Shown piece by piece: positions 41,943 to 52,288 of a stretch of DNA of 64,000 nucleotides. Position numbers and translations under genes: made by a program. The stretch spans positions 480,001 through 544,000 of the forward strand of contig CAWCDG010000002.1 in assembly GCA_963794325.1 (NCBI GenBank), read 5' to 3'. Numbering within the stretch: position 1 is the first letter of the stretch; each line of letters opens with the position of its first letter. Below the pieces are notes generated by a model. The model worked only from the letters and a program-made list of their open reading frames with translations. It made no database searches and was not told the DNA's origin. This DNA comes from an uncultured delta proteobacterium. GTDB taxonomy: Bacteria; Desulfobacterota; Binatia; Binatales; Binataceae.

Positions 41943-42539
41943 ATGAAATCCTGGATCTCGAAAGCTGCAATCACGATCGCGCTGCTCGTCGCGCTGCCGG
42001 TCCTTGCGAATGCGGACACGTGGCAAATCGATCCCATGCATACCAACGTCGAGTTCACGGTGCGGCACATGATGATCTCGAACGTGAAGGGGCAGTTTCA
42101 GAAAACCTCGGGCACGATCACAGGCAACGGCAACGATCCAGGTTCGGCGAAGATTGATGTGACTATCGACGCGTCGTCAATCGACACTCGAGTCGAGAAG
42201 CGCGACATGCATCTGAAGAGTCCGGACTTTCTCGACGTCGCGAAGTACCCGACGATCACCTTCAAATCGAATAAGGTCGAAGACGCCGGCCCGGGCAAGT
42301 GGAAGGTGACGGGCGATCTTACGCTACATGGCGTGACCAAGCCGGTGGTGCTGGAGGTTGAGCAAAGCGCGGCGCCGATTCACGATCCGATGGGCAACAC
42401 GCGAGCGGGCGCGTCGGCGACGGCGAAAATCAAACGCAGTGATTTCGGGCTCACCTGGAATAAGGTGCTCGAATCGGGCGGCGTGATGGTCGGCGACGAG
42501 ATCGCGATTTCAATCGACGTCGAGGTGATCAAGAAGTAG
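41943..42539 (+). CDS. YceI family protein
   Basis: WQIDPMHT, RDMHLKSPDF, GDLTLHGVT. Confidence 0.92.
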   Translation: MKSWISKAAITIALLVALPVLANADTWQIDPMHTNVEFTVRHMMISNVKGQFQKTSGTITGNGNDPGSAKIDVTIDASSIDTRVEKRDMHLKSPDFLDVAKYPTITFKSNKVEDAGPGKWKVTGDLTLHGVTKPVVLEVEQSAAPIHDPMGNTRAGASATAKIKRSDFGLTWNKVLESGGVMVGDEIAISIDVEVIKK

Positions 42540-42618
42540 AAATTTGTTTGCCTTTAACTCTGCTCCGCGATAGCCCTGAGTCGGATCTAACGTCTCAGGG
42601 TTCTCGGGGAGAGTCGCC

Positions 42619-43359
42619 ATGAGCATGTCGCGGCGTTTCACAGCGGAGTTGATCGGCACCTTCTGGCTGGTTTTCGGAGGATGCGGCAGCGCGGTGCTGG
42701 CAGCGGGCTTCCCGAAGACTGGAATCGGATTTCTGGGAGTTGCATTCGCGTTCGGCCTGACTCTGCTGACGATGGCGTTCACGATCGGCTCGATCTCGGG
42801 ATGCCATATCAATCCTGCGGTCACGATCGGGCTCTGGGCCGGCAAGCGATTCCCCGCCCGCGAGGTTCCAGCGTACATCGTCGCGCAACTGATCGGCGCA
42901 ATTCTCGCGTCAACTGTGCTGTACGTGATCGCGAGCGGCGCTGCGGGATTCGACCTTAGCGGCGGCTTCGCCTCCAACGGATACGGCGCGCATTCGCCGG
43001 GCGGCTACAGTATGAGCGCGGCCTTCGTCGCTGAATTCGTGCTGACCTTCATGTTTCTGATCGTGATCCTCGGCTCGACCGACAAGCGTGCCACCGTCGG
43101 CTTCGCGCCAATTCCCATCGGGCTGGTTCTCACGCTGATTCATCTGATCAGCATCCCGGTCGACAACACTTCGGTGAATCCCGCGCGCAGCACCGGCCCC
43201 GCGCTGTTCGTCGGCGGATGGGCGCTTGGGCAGCTATGGCTTTTCTGGGTCGCGCCAATCATGGGCGCAGCAGTCGGCGGTTTCTTCTACAACTGGCTCG
43301 GCGTCGAGCAAAAGACCAACGAGCAGCTAGCCCGCGAAACCGGCCCAGCTAAGGCTTGA
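42619..43359 (+). CDS. aqpZ: Aquaporin Z
   Basis: Two NPA motifs ([14 protein letters not shown]). Confidence 0.95.
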   Translation: MSMSRRFTAELIGTFWLVFGGCGSAVLAAGFPKTGIGFLGVAFAFGLTLLTMAFTIGSISGCHINPAVTIGLWAGKRFPAREVPAYIVAQLIGAILASTVLYVIASGAAGFDLSGGFASNGYGAHSPGGYSMSAAFVAEFVLTFMFLIVILGSTDKRATVGFAPIPIGLVLTLIHLISIPVDNTSVNPARSTGPALFVGGWALGQLWLFWVAPIMGAAVGGFFYNWLGVEQKTNEQLARETGPAKA

Positions 43360-43510
43360 CGCGTCGGTGATCGACGCGACCGCGCGATTCGCGCGTTCAC
43401 TTCGATTACCCGAGATCAGTTTTCGGCTCTTTGGCAGAGCTATCGCCAGCGCGCATTATTGTAGTAGCGTCACACGACACTTTCTGCGTTCGAGCCGCGC
43501 AATCCCGGTC

Positions 43511-43547
43511 TTAAAATGGATTCGACTCTTTAAAATGGATTCGACTC
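43511..43547. repeat. 18-bp tandem direct repeat
   Basis: TTAAAATGGATTCGACTC at 43511 and 43530. Confidence 0.85.
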
Positions 43548-43560
43548 CTGGGAGGGATAG

Positions 43561-45060
43561 ATGAGGACTACTCGATGTAGTTTGATCGTGGCAGGCTGCC
43601 TCGTGATAGCTTCGGCGCCGATAGCAAGGGCTGCGGTGCCCGGCGAGTGCGGCAAGAGCTATGCGATGCTGATGAACGGGGCTCAGGTCAGCCGCGTTCA
43701 GGCGGACGGCACCTCCTCATTGCCCGGCGCGCTGACGGCTGCCGTGGGAGTCGGCACGATCTCCTTCAGCCCGGACTGCAGCACGATTACTGGCGAACTG
43801 ATTTTCAACGACGGCGATCTTCAAACGTTTCCCACCTTTGGCGGGTCTTTCGGACCTGCCGCGTGTCCCGATGCTTCGCTGATAGCGTTTCCGTGTTTCG
43901 ACGGCGCCAATCACTTTACTGCGGCATCGATTACAAGCCCGGGACCCAACGGCAACGGATCGCTCGATCTGAAGTTCGCCGCAGGCTACACGTGGCTAAA
44001 CCGAACCAACTCTATCGGGAGCATGCCCTTTGAATTCACCCTACAAAACGGGCTCGGCGCGGCGACGGTGTTCGGCACCAGCACGCCGAGCGTGGCCGGG
44101 GAATCGGGTCCGTCGCCGATCCTGACGCTTACGATGCAGAGGATTGGCACGACCACCACCGGGATACCCAACGTCCCGATTGTCTATGGTGCGCTGCCGT
44201 ACCTCGGTGATTCTGTCATCAGCTGCAATTCCTACAGCGCCAATCTGAGCGACCGTTACGCGATGATCGACAATTCGCTGGAAGTCCTGGGTTCGTTCGG
44301 CTCCGCCGTTGGCGCCCTTCAAATCTTCCCGATCAACATCGACCCTACAGCGAACGCCGGCGGCGGAAGCATAAGCTTCAACAGCAACGACAACTTAGTG
44401 CCGGGAGGAGCCGGGGCTGGACACCCGGTGGCTTTCCGTAACGACTGTCCGATCCTGCTTGCGCCACTATCGCAGTTTTTTGAAAGCCCGCAGTCGCAGT
44501 TTGCAGATGGCGCCAGCAATGCGGTTCTCTTGATCAGCGGAAGCTCGGCGACGTGCACCGATCAATACCCACTCGGCTATTTTACCAGCAGCGTGGCGTG
44601 GGGTAGCACCGAGAAGAACGCATACTCAATAATTACTGACGCGATCGGGCCTAATCAGCTGGCGCACACCGGTACCGGCCCCGTGCCCGCAGGCAGCATG
44701 GCAACCTGCACCTTGCTCTCTAACGGGCTGACGGGCTCACTGACAAACATCGTCGCGCCGGCCACCGCGGTATCGCGAGGAGCGACCGTGCCGATACTTA
44801 TCAAAGTGGCCAGCACCAGCCCCGCTACCTGCGAGGTGCAGTTCGGACCAGGGGGTAACGTGAACACCGATGGGATCTGCTCGCTCGGCATAACGAACAC
44901 CGTCGCCTTTGTTCCGGGCAATAGTGTGTCGGCGGTATATTCCAATTTCATGTGCACCTGCAGCCCTGGGGCACTGGATAGCATCACGGAAACGGCAACC
45001 CTGACGTCGGCGTGTCCGATGATCGGTGTGACCACGCACGTGATCACGTGCCGCAATTAG
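43561..45060 (+). CDS. Secreted Cys/Gly/Ser/Thr-rich hypothetical protein
   Basis: GGAGG RBS, signal peptide, 499 aa, no recognised domain. Confidence 0.75.
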   Translation: MRTTRCSLIVAGCLVIASAPIARAAVPGECGKSYAMLMNGAQVSRVQADGTSSLPGALTAAVGVGTISFSPDCSTITGELIFNDGDLQTFPTFGGSFGPAACPDASLIAFPCFDGANHFTAASITSPGPNGNGSLDLKFAAGYTWLNRTNSIGSMPFEFTLQNGLGAATVFGTSTPSVAGESGPSPILTLTMQRIGTTTTGIPNVPIVYGALPYLGDSVISCNSYSANLSDRYAMIDNSLEVLGSFGSAVGALQIFPINIDPTANAGGGSISFNSNDNLVPGGAGAGHPVAFRNDCPILLAPLSQFFESPQSQFADGASNAVLLISGSSATCTDQYPLGYFTSSVAWGSTEKNAYSIITDAIGPNQLAHTGTGPVPAGSMATCTLLSNGLTGSLTNIVAPATAVSRGATVPILIKVASTSPATCEVQFGPGGNVNTDGICSLGITNTVAFVPGNSVSAVYSNFMCTCSPGALDSITETATLTSACPMIGVTTHVITCRN

Positions 45061-45144
45061 GGCGAGTCGAAAACTGACAAAGTCGTGACTGGGCGGCGGA
45101 CCAGCAATGGGCCGCCGTCCGCATTTTGCGCGGACATAGAAGTG

Positions 45145-47527
45145 CTACGGTTTCGCGCTTCTGTGATGTTCGATGGTGCGGGCGCCTAGTCTGGCGGGGG
45201 CGGTTTCGGAGCCCTGGACTACTACGACGCATCGCTTCGGGTCGGTGAAATCTTCGGGCGAGAGGCCGACTCTGTCGGCCAGGTTGGTCGCGACGATCAC
45301 CAGACCGCCGGGGGTTTGGCGGGCGAGTTGAGCGGCGGTAGGCGCGCTTAGCACGTCGGTATGCAGGCGGCGTCCGAGCGCCCGGCCGGCATCGCGAATC
45401 AATTCGAGCAGTTCGGTAGTCTTCCGCGTTGCCGTCCTGCGGTACCAGCACTGCGTGCAAGCCGGACTTCTTGCGCAGTGCCACTCGCAGCGCGAGGTCG
45501 AGCGCCGCGCGGCCATGGGTGCCTCGATCGACCACCGCGAACACCCGGTCGAGCGGACGCTCGCCGCCGTGAATCACTACCGCGACGTGAACCGGAAGCG
45601 CGCGGGCTTTGTCGAGAATCTCGCGGACGACGCCGCCCATGAAGTCGGAGCCGAAGACTGCGCGATGCGATCCCAACAGCAGCCATCCGATTTGCGGCTC
45701 GCTGGCGAAGGCCAGGATGTCGGCCGCGGGATTGGTCGTCCACACCGCCTGCGGCGTGATGATGCTGCCGCGCTCGAGTGCGAGATCCAGCGCCGCAGAC
45801 AGAGCGGGAGAGCGGGGCGGCACGCGCTGTTCGGCCTCGCGCAGTCCCGAGCGCACACCGCCCGGCGGAGTCTTCACCAATGCGAGCACGCGCGGCGGCG
45901 GTGCGTCGTGCGGGGTGGCCGCCAGCGCAAGCTCGACCAGCACACCGACGCCTTCGGGGTTGGATACCGGCACCAGGATCGCGCTGTGCTCCGTTCCCAC
46001 GAGCATCGGGCGCTGGGGCGGCTGCACTCGCGGAGTAGAATGCGGCGCGGGATGCGGTGCGCGAACCGGGGCTTGGGGCGCGACAGCCGGCTCCGGCGAG
46101 AAGGTGCCGATTTCCGGAAACGGCTCGATCTCTCCGGGTTGGCGGCGCGTGATCAGATGCAGAATCGGCGTGGTCGCGAAAGTCGTAACCAGCGCCATGA
46201 TCACCAGCATCGCGAATAGGGTCGGCGAGATAACGTTCATCTCGAGGCCGATATTCAGGACGATCAGTTCCATCAGGCCGCGCGTGTTCATCAGCACGCC
46301 GAGCGCCGACGAGTCGCGCCAGTTGAGTCCGGTAAATCGCGCCGCGATTGCGCTGCCGCCGAATTTGCCGAGCGATGCGACGATCACGATCAACGCGCAC
46401 ATCAGCCATTGCTCGGATCCGTTGACCAGCCCAATTTGCGTGCGCAGTCCGGTGTACGCGAAGAAGGCTGGCAGCAACAGGACGATCACGAAATCTTCAA
46501 GGCGGTCGGTGAGCTCGCGCGCCATCCCGCTGTCGTGCGGAATAACAGCGCCGAGCGCGAACGCGCCAAACACGGCGTGGATTCCGATGAGTTCAGTGGC
46601 TGACGCGGAGATCAGCAGCGCGATGAATATCGAGGCCATCACGCCCTGGGTCAGCCGCCCGCGATTTCCGTAGAGCAGCGACAGCCGCACCATGGCCGGC
46701 CGTATCACGAGGATCATCAGGAGAATAAAGCCGAGCGCCATCGCGATCGTCGCGAGCGCGCCAGAGGTCTCCGCCCGCGCCACGCTGACCACGAAGGCCA
46801 GCATGCACCACGCAGTCACGTCGTTCACGGCGGCGCAGGTCAGCGCGATCGCACCCATCCGGGTTTTATGAATTCCTCGATCAGTCAGGATTCGCGCGAG
46901 CACCGGAAACGCCGTCACTGACATCGACACGCCCAAAAACAGCGAGAAGTACGTGAACGGCACATCGCTGGTGGAGAGGCTCGGATAAAGATAAAGCGCA
47001 ATCGTCGCGCCGAGCAGGAACGGAGCGATGATGCTCGCGGTCGAGATCACGACCGTTGCGTGGCCGCGATTATGCAGCAGCGCGGGATCGAGCTCGAGCC
47101 CGACCAGGAACATATAAAGGATGACACCGACCTGGGAGATGATATTTAGAAATGGCCCCACTGCCGCCGGAAACAGGTATCCTTCGGCGCCCGGCGCGAG
47201 ACGTCCGAGCAGCGAAGGCCCGAGCACGATCCCGGCGAGAATTTCGCCGATCACCTGCGGTTGCCGGGCGCTGCGGAAGACCCAGCCCATCGCGCGCGCC
47301 GTCGCGATAACCACCACCAGCGCGAGCAGCACGTGCAGCAGGTCGCCTTCGCTGGTGCGCGATGCGGGCGAGCCGAAAACATTAGTCCCCAATTGAGGCG
47401 GGGCGCCGAGCGTGTCGCCGTACGAGCGGATCCACAGGTACAGCAGCACCAGCGCGCCGAACATCAATGCGTAAACGGCGGCGGCGCGGGTACCGGCGTT
47501 GGTAATTCGCGGCTGGCTTTCAGCCAT
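45145..47527 (-). CDS. Cation:proton antiporter (CPA2) with USP-like C-terminus; frameshift ~45420
   Basis: QPQVIGEILAGIVLGPS, TAFPVLARIL, LMNTRGLMELI. Confidence 0.88.
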
Positions 47528-47573
47528 TGGCGGATTCTACCAGAGTGCGAGCTTAATGCGCAGTGTTGGTGTC

Positions 47574-48137
47574 TTACCGGGGATCGGCGGAAGATTTCGT
47601 GGTGCGCGGGCGTTTTCTCTTTGGCGGTTTCGATTCGCGCGGAGCGTTTCCGTTGTGCGCGTCGCCGTTCGATGAAGCGGCGGCGCTAATGGCGCGTTCG
47701 CGGCGGCGGCGAATCGCCAAGAAGGTTGCTGCTATCTCGACTGCCTGCTCGGCGGCGCGATCCCCGTGCCAATGATTTATGACGTCGCTTAGCGACAGAA
47801 TCCCGATCGGCCGGCTGCGGGAATCGACCACCGGGATACGGTGAATCTCATGCGTGCGCATCAGGCGATGCGCGGTGTCGAGATCGTCGGTGCGCGAACA
47901 CGAGATCACCTTCGGGGACATCACGCGCTCCACGGGAATCGATCCGAGCGAAACGCCTTGCGTGTATGCTGCCATGCAGATGTCGCGGTCGGTGACTATT
48001 CCGACGAGTTTGCCTTGCGCGTCGACCACCGGCGCGCACCCGCAATCGTGATCCCACATTACCCGGGCGGCGCCGTTCAACGAGTCATGTATCGTGCACG
48101 TTTTAACGTCGGGGGTCATCAAATCAGCGACTTTCAC
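47574..48137 (-). CDS. CBS domain protein
   Basis: GIVTDRDI, HRIPVVD, GILSLSD. Confidence 0.88.
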   Translation of the reverse strand: MKVADLMTPDVKTCTIHDSLNGAARVMWDHDCGCAPVVDAQGKLVGIVTDRDICMAAYTQGVSLGSIPVERVMSPKVISCSRTDDLDTAHRLMRTHEIHRIPVVDSRSRPIGILSLSDVINHWHGDRAAEQAVEIAATFLAIRRRRERAISAAASSNGDAHNGNAPRESKPPKRKRPRTTKSSADPR

Positions 48138-48172
48138 TGAGTTATACTCCTCACAGCGGTATTCGATTGAAA

Positions 48173-48640
48173 TTATTTCCAGGTGGAAAACGGCTTGGTC
48201 GACAGGTTCGAATTGTAGTAGCGCGGGTCGCCGCTCACTTCGCGATCGATCCAATCCGGCAGCTCGACCTGTTCCTTGGCATTCTTGAGTTCTACTTCTG
48301 CAACAGTCAATCCGCGATTCTCGCCGGTGAACTCATCAACCTCCCAGGTATGGCCCTTGAACACAATTCGATAGCGCGTCTTTTCGATTGGCGGGTGTTC
48401 GCAGAGGTTTGCCAGCATCTCGTTCGCGTCGTTGATAGGAATCTCGTATTCGTATTCGTCGCGCGTGATGCCTGAGGTCGATCCTTTAATCGTCAAGAAG
48501 GCCTTGTCTCCGTAGGTGCGGACGCGCACCGAGGACTGCTTCGAGGCGCACAGGTAACCCTGTCGAATCGCGAGGCCGGGTTCGAGATCGCTCCATTTGC
48601 GCGGATGCACCAGGAATTTTCGTTCAATCTCTTTCGCCAT
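48173..48640 (-). CDS. CYTH domain (triphosphate tunnel) protein
   Basis: EIERKFLV, RDEYEYEIP, WEVDEF, AEVEL. Confidence 0.92.
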   Translation of the reverse strand: MAKEIERKFLVHPRKWSDLEPGLAIRQGYLCASKQSSVRVRTYGDKAFLTIKGSTSGITRDEYEYEIPINDANEMLANLCEHPPIEKTRYRIVFKGHTWEVDEFTGENRGLTVAEVELKNAKEQVELPDWIDREVSGDPRYYNSNLSTKPFSTWK

Positions 48641-48699
48641 CTCTATTTAGTATCACCCACCCCGCAGACAACCGAACGTCGCCGACGTAAATCGCGCGG

Positions 48700-49317
48700 T
48701 CAGGTTGCCGTCGCGGCGGCGCGCGGCGTCATCCCGGTCATCAGCTTCAGATGACGAACATAGTTTATATTCGCGTGAGAGTTCAGGCCAAGTTTGGCGA
48801 TCGCTCGAAGAACGGCGGCGGGGTCGTCCGATTCGATCGCGACTGTTTCGGAAGTTGCGCCGGCGCCGATTCGAACTTCGGCAAATTCCGCCGTGAACCT
48901 TTCGGACGCATACTGGATGCGCATTTTTACCGCCTCGACCAATGCGAGGTCGCGATTGGGCCGTACAAGATCGCGGATTAATTCGCCGTGGGTATACGAC
49001 GGTTGCGTGATTTGAGGGGCCGCAACGCCTAGATTGGGGAACACCTGCTCGACGATCGTCCGCGAGTCCAGCGGGAACCCCGATTTCAGTACGGGGCGCC
49101 ATCGCTCGAGCCGGCCGACCTGCTCGTTCATCAGCTTGATGTCGAGTAGTTCGTCACGAATCTTGACGTTGGCGGCGTCGGTCGCGCGCGAGAGGATGTA
49201 GGTCTCCGCGCTTTCGCGTGGATCGGACGGCGTCGCGATTGCAGCCAGCCGATCTTGATATGGGCTAAGGTGATTTCCCCAAATTCGGAATTCGAATCTT
49301 CCCAGCGCGTTGCTCAT
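48700..49317 (-). CDS. Hypothetical protein, possibly CYTH-like
   Basis: N-terminal RFEFR, NVKIRDELLDIK, TVAIES. Confidence 0.6.
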   Translation of the reverse strand: MSNALGRFEFRIWGNHLSPYQDRLAAIATPSDPRESAETYILSRATDAANVKIRDELLDIKLMNEQVGRLERWRPVLKSGFPLDSRTIVEQVFPNLGVAAPQITQPSYTHGELIRDLVRPNRDLALVEAVKMRIQYASERFTAEFAEVRIGAGATSETVAIESDDPAAVLRAIAKLGLNSHANINYVRHLKLMTGMTPRAAATAT

Positions 49318-49412
49318 CGCCGTCGCAGCGAAGCACTATCGAGACTTCGCATCACGATAACATTTCCGCGAAACTCGGAGAAATCAGACTGCGCGATTTT
49401 GTGTTCAGGATC

Positions 49413-49946
49413 TTAGAAACCCGCACCCTCCCGCATTCCCGCCGCTCGTGCGGACGAACCGGGATCGCCGCCACTGGAGCGTTTGCGCGAGGAGCGCCCG
49501 GCGCGCACCACCTGCCGACGGCCGACCGAGCGCATCTGCTTGGTCGGCAGATCATCGACGCTCAGCAGTCCGAGCCGCGACCGCAACGACGCCGGCTCGA
49601 TTCCAAGAACGTCGCATACGTACTCGAAGGAAAACGGACTGTGGATCCCCGCCTCGGCATGGAACCATCGCTGAACCTCGTCGTATTGCTCACGATCGCA
49701 TCGCCGCGACGAGTTCACGGTCTTGACGTAGCATCGGACCGCGTCTTCGAGCACTGCGAAGACCAGCCGGGTCTCGCCGTCGAGCATCGAGCGGCGCCGG
49801 GTCAGGTCGAAAAACTGAACCGGAACGAGAAAATCGGGCTCGAAGCGCGCGCTCAACCAAGGGTCTGGCCCTGCGCATTCGTCGATTACCCGGGTCTGAG
49901 TCGAAGGTCCGTATTGAAGAACCTGTTCTGATGCTGCCACAGACAT
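49413..49946 (-). CDS. Conserved hypothetical protein (FEPD...LxFAVLEDA type)
   Basis: FEPDFLVPVQFF, RLVFAVLEDAVRCY, FSFEYVCDVLGI; AAGGAGG RBS. Confidence 0.75.
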   Translation of the reverse strand: MSVAASEQVLQYGPSTQTRVIDECAGPDPWLSARFEPDFLVPVQFFDLTRRRSMLDGETRLVFAVLEDAVRCYVKTVNSSRRCDREQYDEVQRWFHAEAGIHSPFSFEYVCDVLGIEPASLRSRLGLLSVDDLPTKQMRSVGRRQVVRAGRSSRKRSSGGDPGSSARAAGMREGAGF

Positions 49947-49986
49947 AACTGGACCCTCCTTGCGCCGAACTGAACTCTTGCCAGCC

Positions 49987-50003
49987 AGCATGGTCTGTGC
50001 CAA
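49987..50003 (-). promoter_or_regulatory. Candidate sigma54 promoter
   Basis: Minus strand TTGGCACAGACCATGCT (GG-N10-GC). Confidence 0.65.
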
Positions 50004-50318
50004 CTCGTCTTTGGCACGCTAAAGCAGGAAATCAGCGGGTAAATGAGAGTTTTTGCGATGCGGACGATGGCGGATGCTGCTCAATTATGCGGCATCAATG
50101 CGGTCGCCGGTTGTGCAATAGGGATTCAGCGGAGCCTCTCGAAATCTTTATAAGGCTCTCGCGCACGGCCTTGGATCCGGCTAGACTGCCGCGGTCCGGG
50201 AGTCGGTAACCCTCCATGGAGGCAACCAAATTGAAACAATTTCCGTATATGGAACTACTGGACTCGAAGCGCGCGCGGAAAGAGTATTGAGTCCGCTCGA
50301 TCTCTTGCAGAGTGGCGC

Positions 50319-50335
50319 GAGGCACGATCAATGCT
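50319..50335 (+). promoter_or_regulatory. Candidate sigma54 promoter
   Basis: GAGGCACGATCAATGCT (GG-N10-GC) upstream of the DksA gene. Confidence 0.55.
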
Positions 50336-50377
50336 GATATTAAAAATTGGCTCGAGGCGCTTGAACAGCGCGAACCT

Positions 50378-51052
50378 ATGAAAACTCTCAAAACTCGAAC
50401 AAAAACTCGACCTACGAAAAACAGCAAGAGGCAGAAGACCAAGATGGTATCCGCAGTTAACACCGGCGGACGGAGGATCGACGCACTCAAGCGCCTGCTT
50501 ACCAAAGAGCGTGCCGAGACACTTGCCCGGGTGAAAGAATTGATGCGCGAGCAGGCTCGCAACGGCGGACAGCCGCCGGCTGACGAGATGGATGTGGCGC
50601 GGTCGTTGTCGGAAGTCGAGACGCATGCGGCGCTGTTCGATCGTGCGCAGGAACGCCTCAGCGCGATCGACGCGGCTATCGCGCGGCTCGGCGCAGGAGT
50701 CTATGGAGTCTGCGCGCGATGCGGCGACGAAATCCCGCTGGCGCGGCTCCAGGTAATCCCGTTCGCGCAATATTGCGTCGATTGTCAGAACGAAGCGAAC
50801 ACCGAAGCTCGCAGCGGTCAAAGCGGAATGGCCAAGCCATTTGGCGGCCGATGGACCGGACCGGAAGAGCTGACCAACCCCGACGATGCCGAAGAGCACG
50901 TCGAGCGAGCGCCCGTCTCCGACGACGACGTACAGGTGGACAGCGCATTCGGCCCCGATGAAGACGAGCTGGAAGCGACCGGCGTCGAGAAGCGTCGTCG
51001 CGGACGTCCGCCAAAGGCAAAGAAGCCGCTGGTGCAGAAAAAGGCGCACTAG
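50378..51052 (+). CDS. TraR/DksA C4 zinc-finger protein with acidic and AT-hook-like tail
   Basis: ADEMDVA coiled-coil tip, CARC...RL..IP....CVDC, tail RRRGRPPK. Confidence 0.88.
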   Translation: MKTLKTRTKTRPTKNSKRQKTKMVSAVNTGGRRIDALKRLLTKERAETLARVKELMREQARNGGQPPADEMDVARSLSEVETHAALFDRAQERLSAIDAAIARLGAGVYGVCARCGDEIPLARLQVIPFAQYCVDCQNEANTEARSGQSGMAKPFGGRWTGPEELTNPDDAEEHVERAPVSDDDVQVDSAFGPDEDELEATGVEKRRRGRPPKAKKPLVQKKAH

Positions 51053-51295
51053 AGGCCAGGAACTGACTGTACTGAAACCCACCGTGGGTTTCATTTTCAC
51101 GGCTTCCTTGGGCAGGGGTAACCCCTGCACCTTAGTAACAAGCTTCGTCACGTTGTCCGCGAAGTGTTTCATATTGGGACGCGGCTGCGTTGCTTTCGGT
51201 ACGAATCGATTGGCGCCCGCACGCTTTCGATTGTCTTACGTTCCTGATTCATAGCCTTCTCGCGTTTTTTGGAATCGGCCAAGATTACATGTGCC

Positions 51296-51312
51296 TCGGC
51301 ATGTTGATTGCT
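51296..51312 (+). promoter_or_regulatory. Candidate sigma54 promoter
   Basis: TCGGCATGTTGATTGCT (GG-N10-GC). Confidence 0.55.
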
Positions 51313-51352
51313 CCTTCGCTAGATGGCTGGGCGGAGGCGGCAGGACAATCAC

Positions 51353-52159
51353 ATGCATTTGTTGCTGGTCGAAGACAATCCTACCGATCGGATGGTAATC
51401 CAGGCGCGGCTGCGGCGGGCGTTTCCGAGCGCGCAGGTCATGACCGCTGACGATCCGATCGCGATGAATGAGCATCTCCGGCGCGACGATTGCGATGTCG
51501 TGATCACCGACTATTGGCTGGGGTGGAGCGACGGCTTATCGATTCTCCAGCGGGTGCGCGACCGATGGCCGCGGAGCCGCGTCATCATGCTCACCGGCAA
51601 CGGCGGCGAAGAGGTGGTGGCCGACGCGTTCAAGCACGGGCTGTATCACTACCTGCTCAAGCCCGACGGATTCGACGAGCTCGCGGCCGTGACCGGGGCC
51701 GCGATGAAGAGTAAGCAGCGCGAAGATTTCGAGCAGCTCATGGCTTTGATCGTCGACTCGCTTCCCGATGGCGTTCACTGCGTCGATGCCTCCGGAAGGA
51801 TCATCGCAATTAACGCGGCGGCCCGGCGGATGTACGGCTGCGCCGACCTCGAGATCATCGGACGCACCAACGAGATCCTGCTACCGGTCGGAAGGCGCGA
51901 CGATATCCGACGATTGCATGAGCGGGCGCTCGGCGGGGAAATCGTGCCTCGATTCACGACAGTGCTGGTCCGGATCGATGGCGCAGAAGTTCCCGTCTCG
52001 ATGACGATACTGCCGATGCGTCGGAGCGACGGCCCGGTATCCAGCGTCGCGTTCATCGCGACGGAGATCGGCAGACAGATTCGCGAGTCGGGGGTGTCGA
52101 GTGTGCGTGATGAATCGCATCCGCCGCGGCACGCGTTGGCTTCGAGCAGCATCCACTAG
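51353..52159 (+). CDS. Response regulator receiver plus PAS protein
   Basis: LLVEDN, ITDYWL, MLTG, LLKP, then PAS; no output domain. Confidence 0.85.
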   Translation: MHLLLVEDNPTDRMVIQARLRRAFPSAQVMTADDPIAMNEHLRRDDCDVVITDYWLGWSDGLSILQRVRDRWPRSRVIMLTGNGGEEVVADAFKHGLYHYLLKPDGFDELAAVTGAAMKSKQREDFEQLMALIVDSLPDGVHCVDASGRIIAINAAARRMYGCADLEIIGRTNEILLPVGRRDDIRRLHERALGGEIVPRFTTVLVRIDGAEVPVSMTILPMRRSDGPVSSVAFIATEIGRQIRESGVSSVRDESHPPRHALASSSIH

Positions 52160-52288
52160 CCATCCAGATTCAACACTGACCATTTGAGCGGTTTTGGGTG
52201 TTGCATCAACGAAGAAATTGCTTCGTAATGATGAGCCTCATTATCTCTGAATGCGTAGTTTTTGTTTTTTGCAGTCTGGAGGGGGTTC

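Noticed and set aside
50011-50026. Plus-strand TTGGCACGCTAAAGCA as a sigma54 promoter
   Set aside because: GG to GC spacing is 9, not 10
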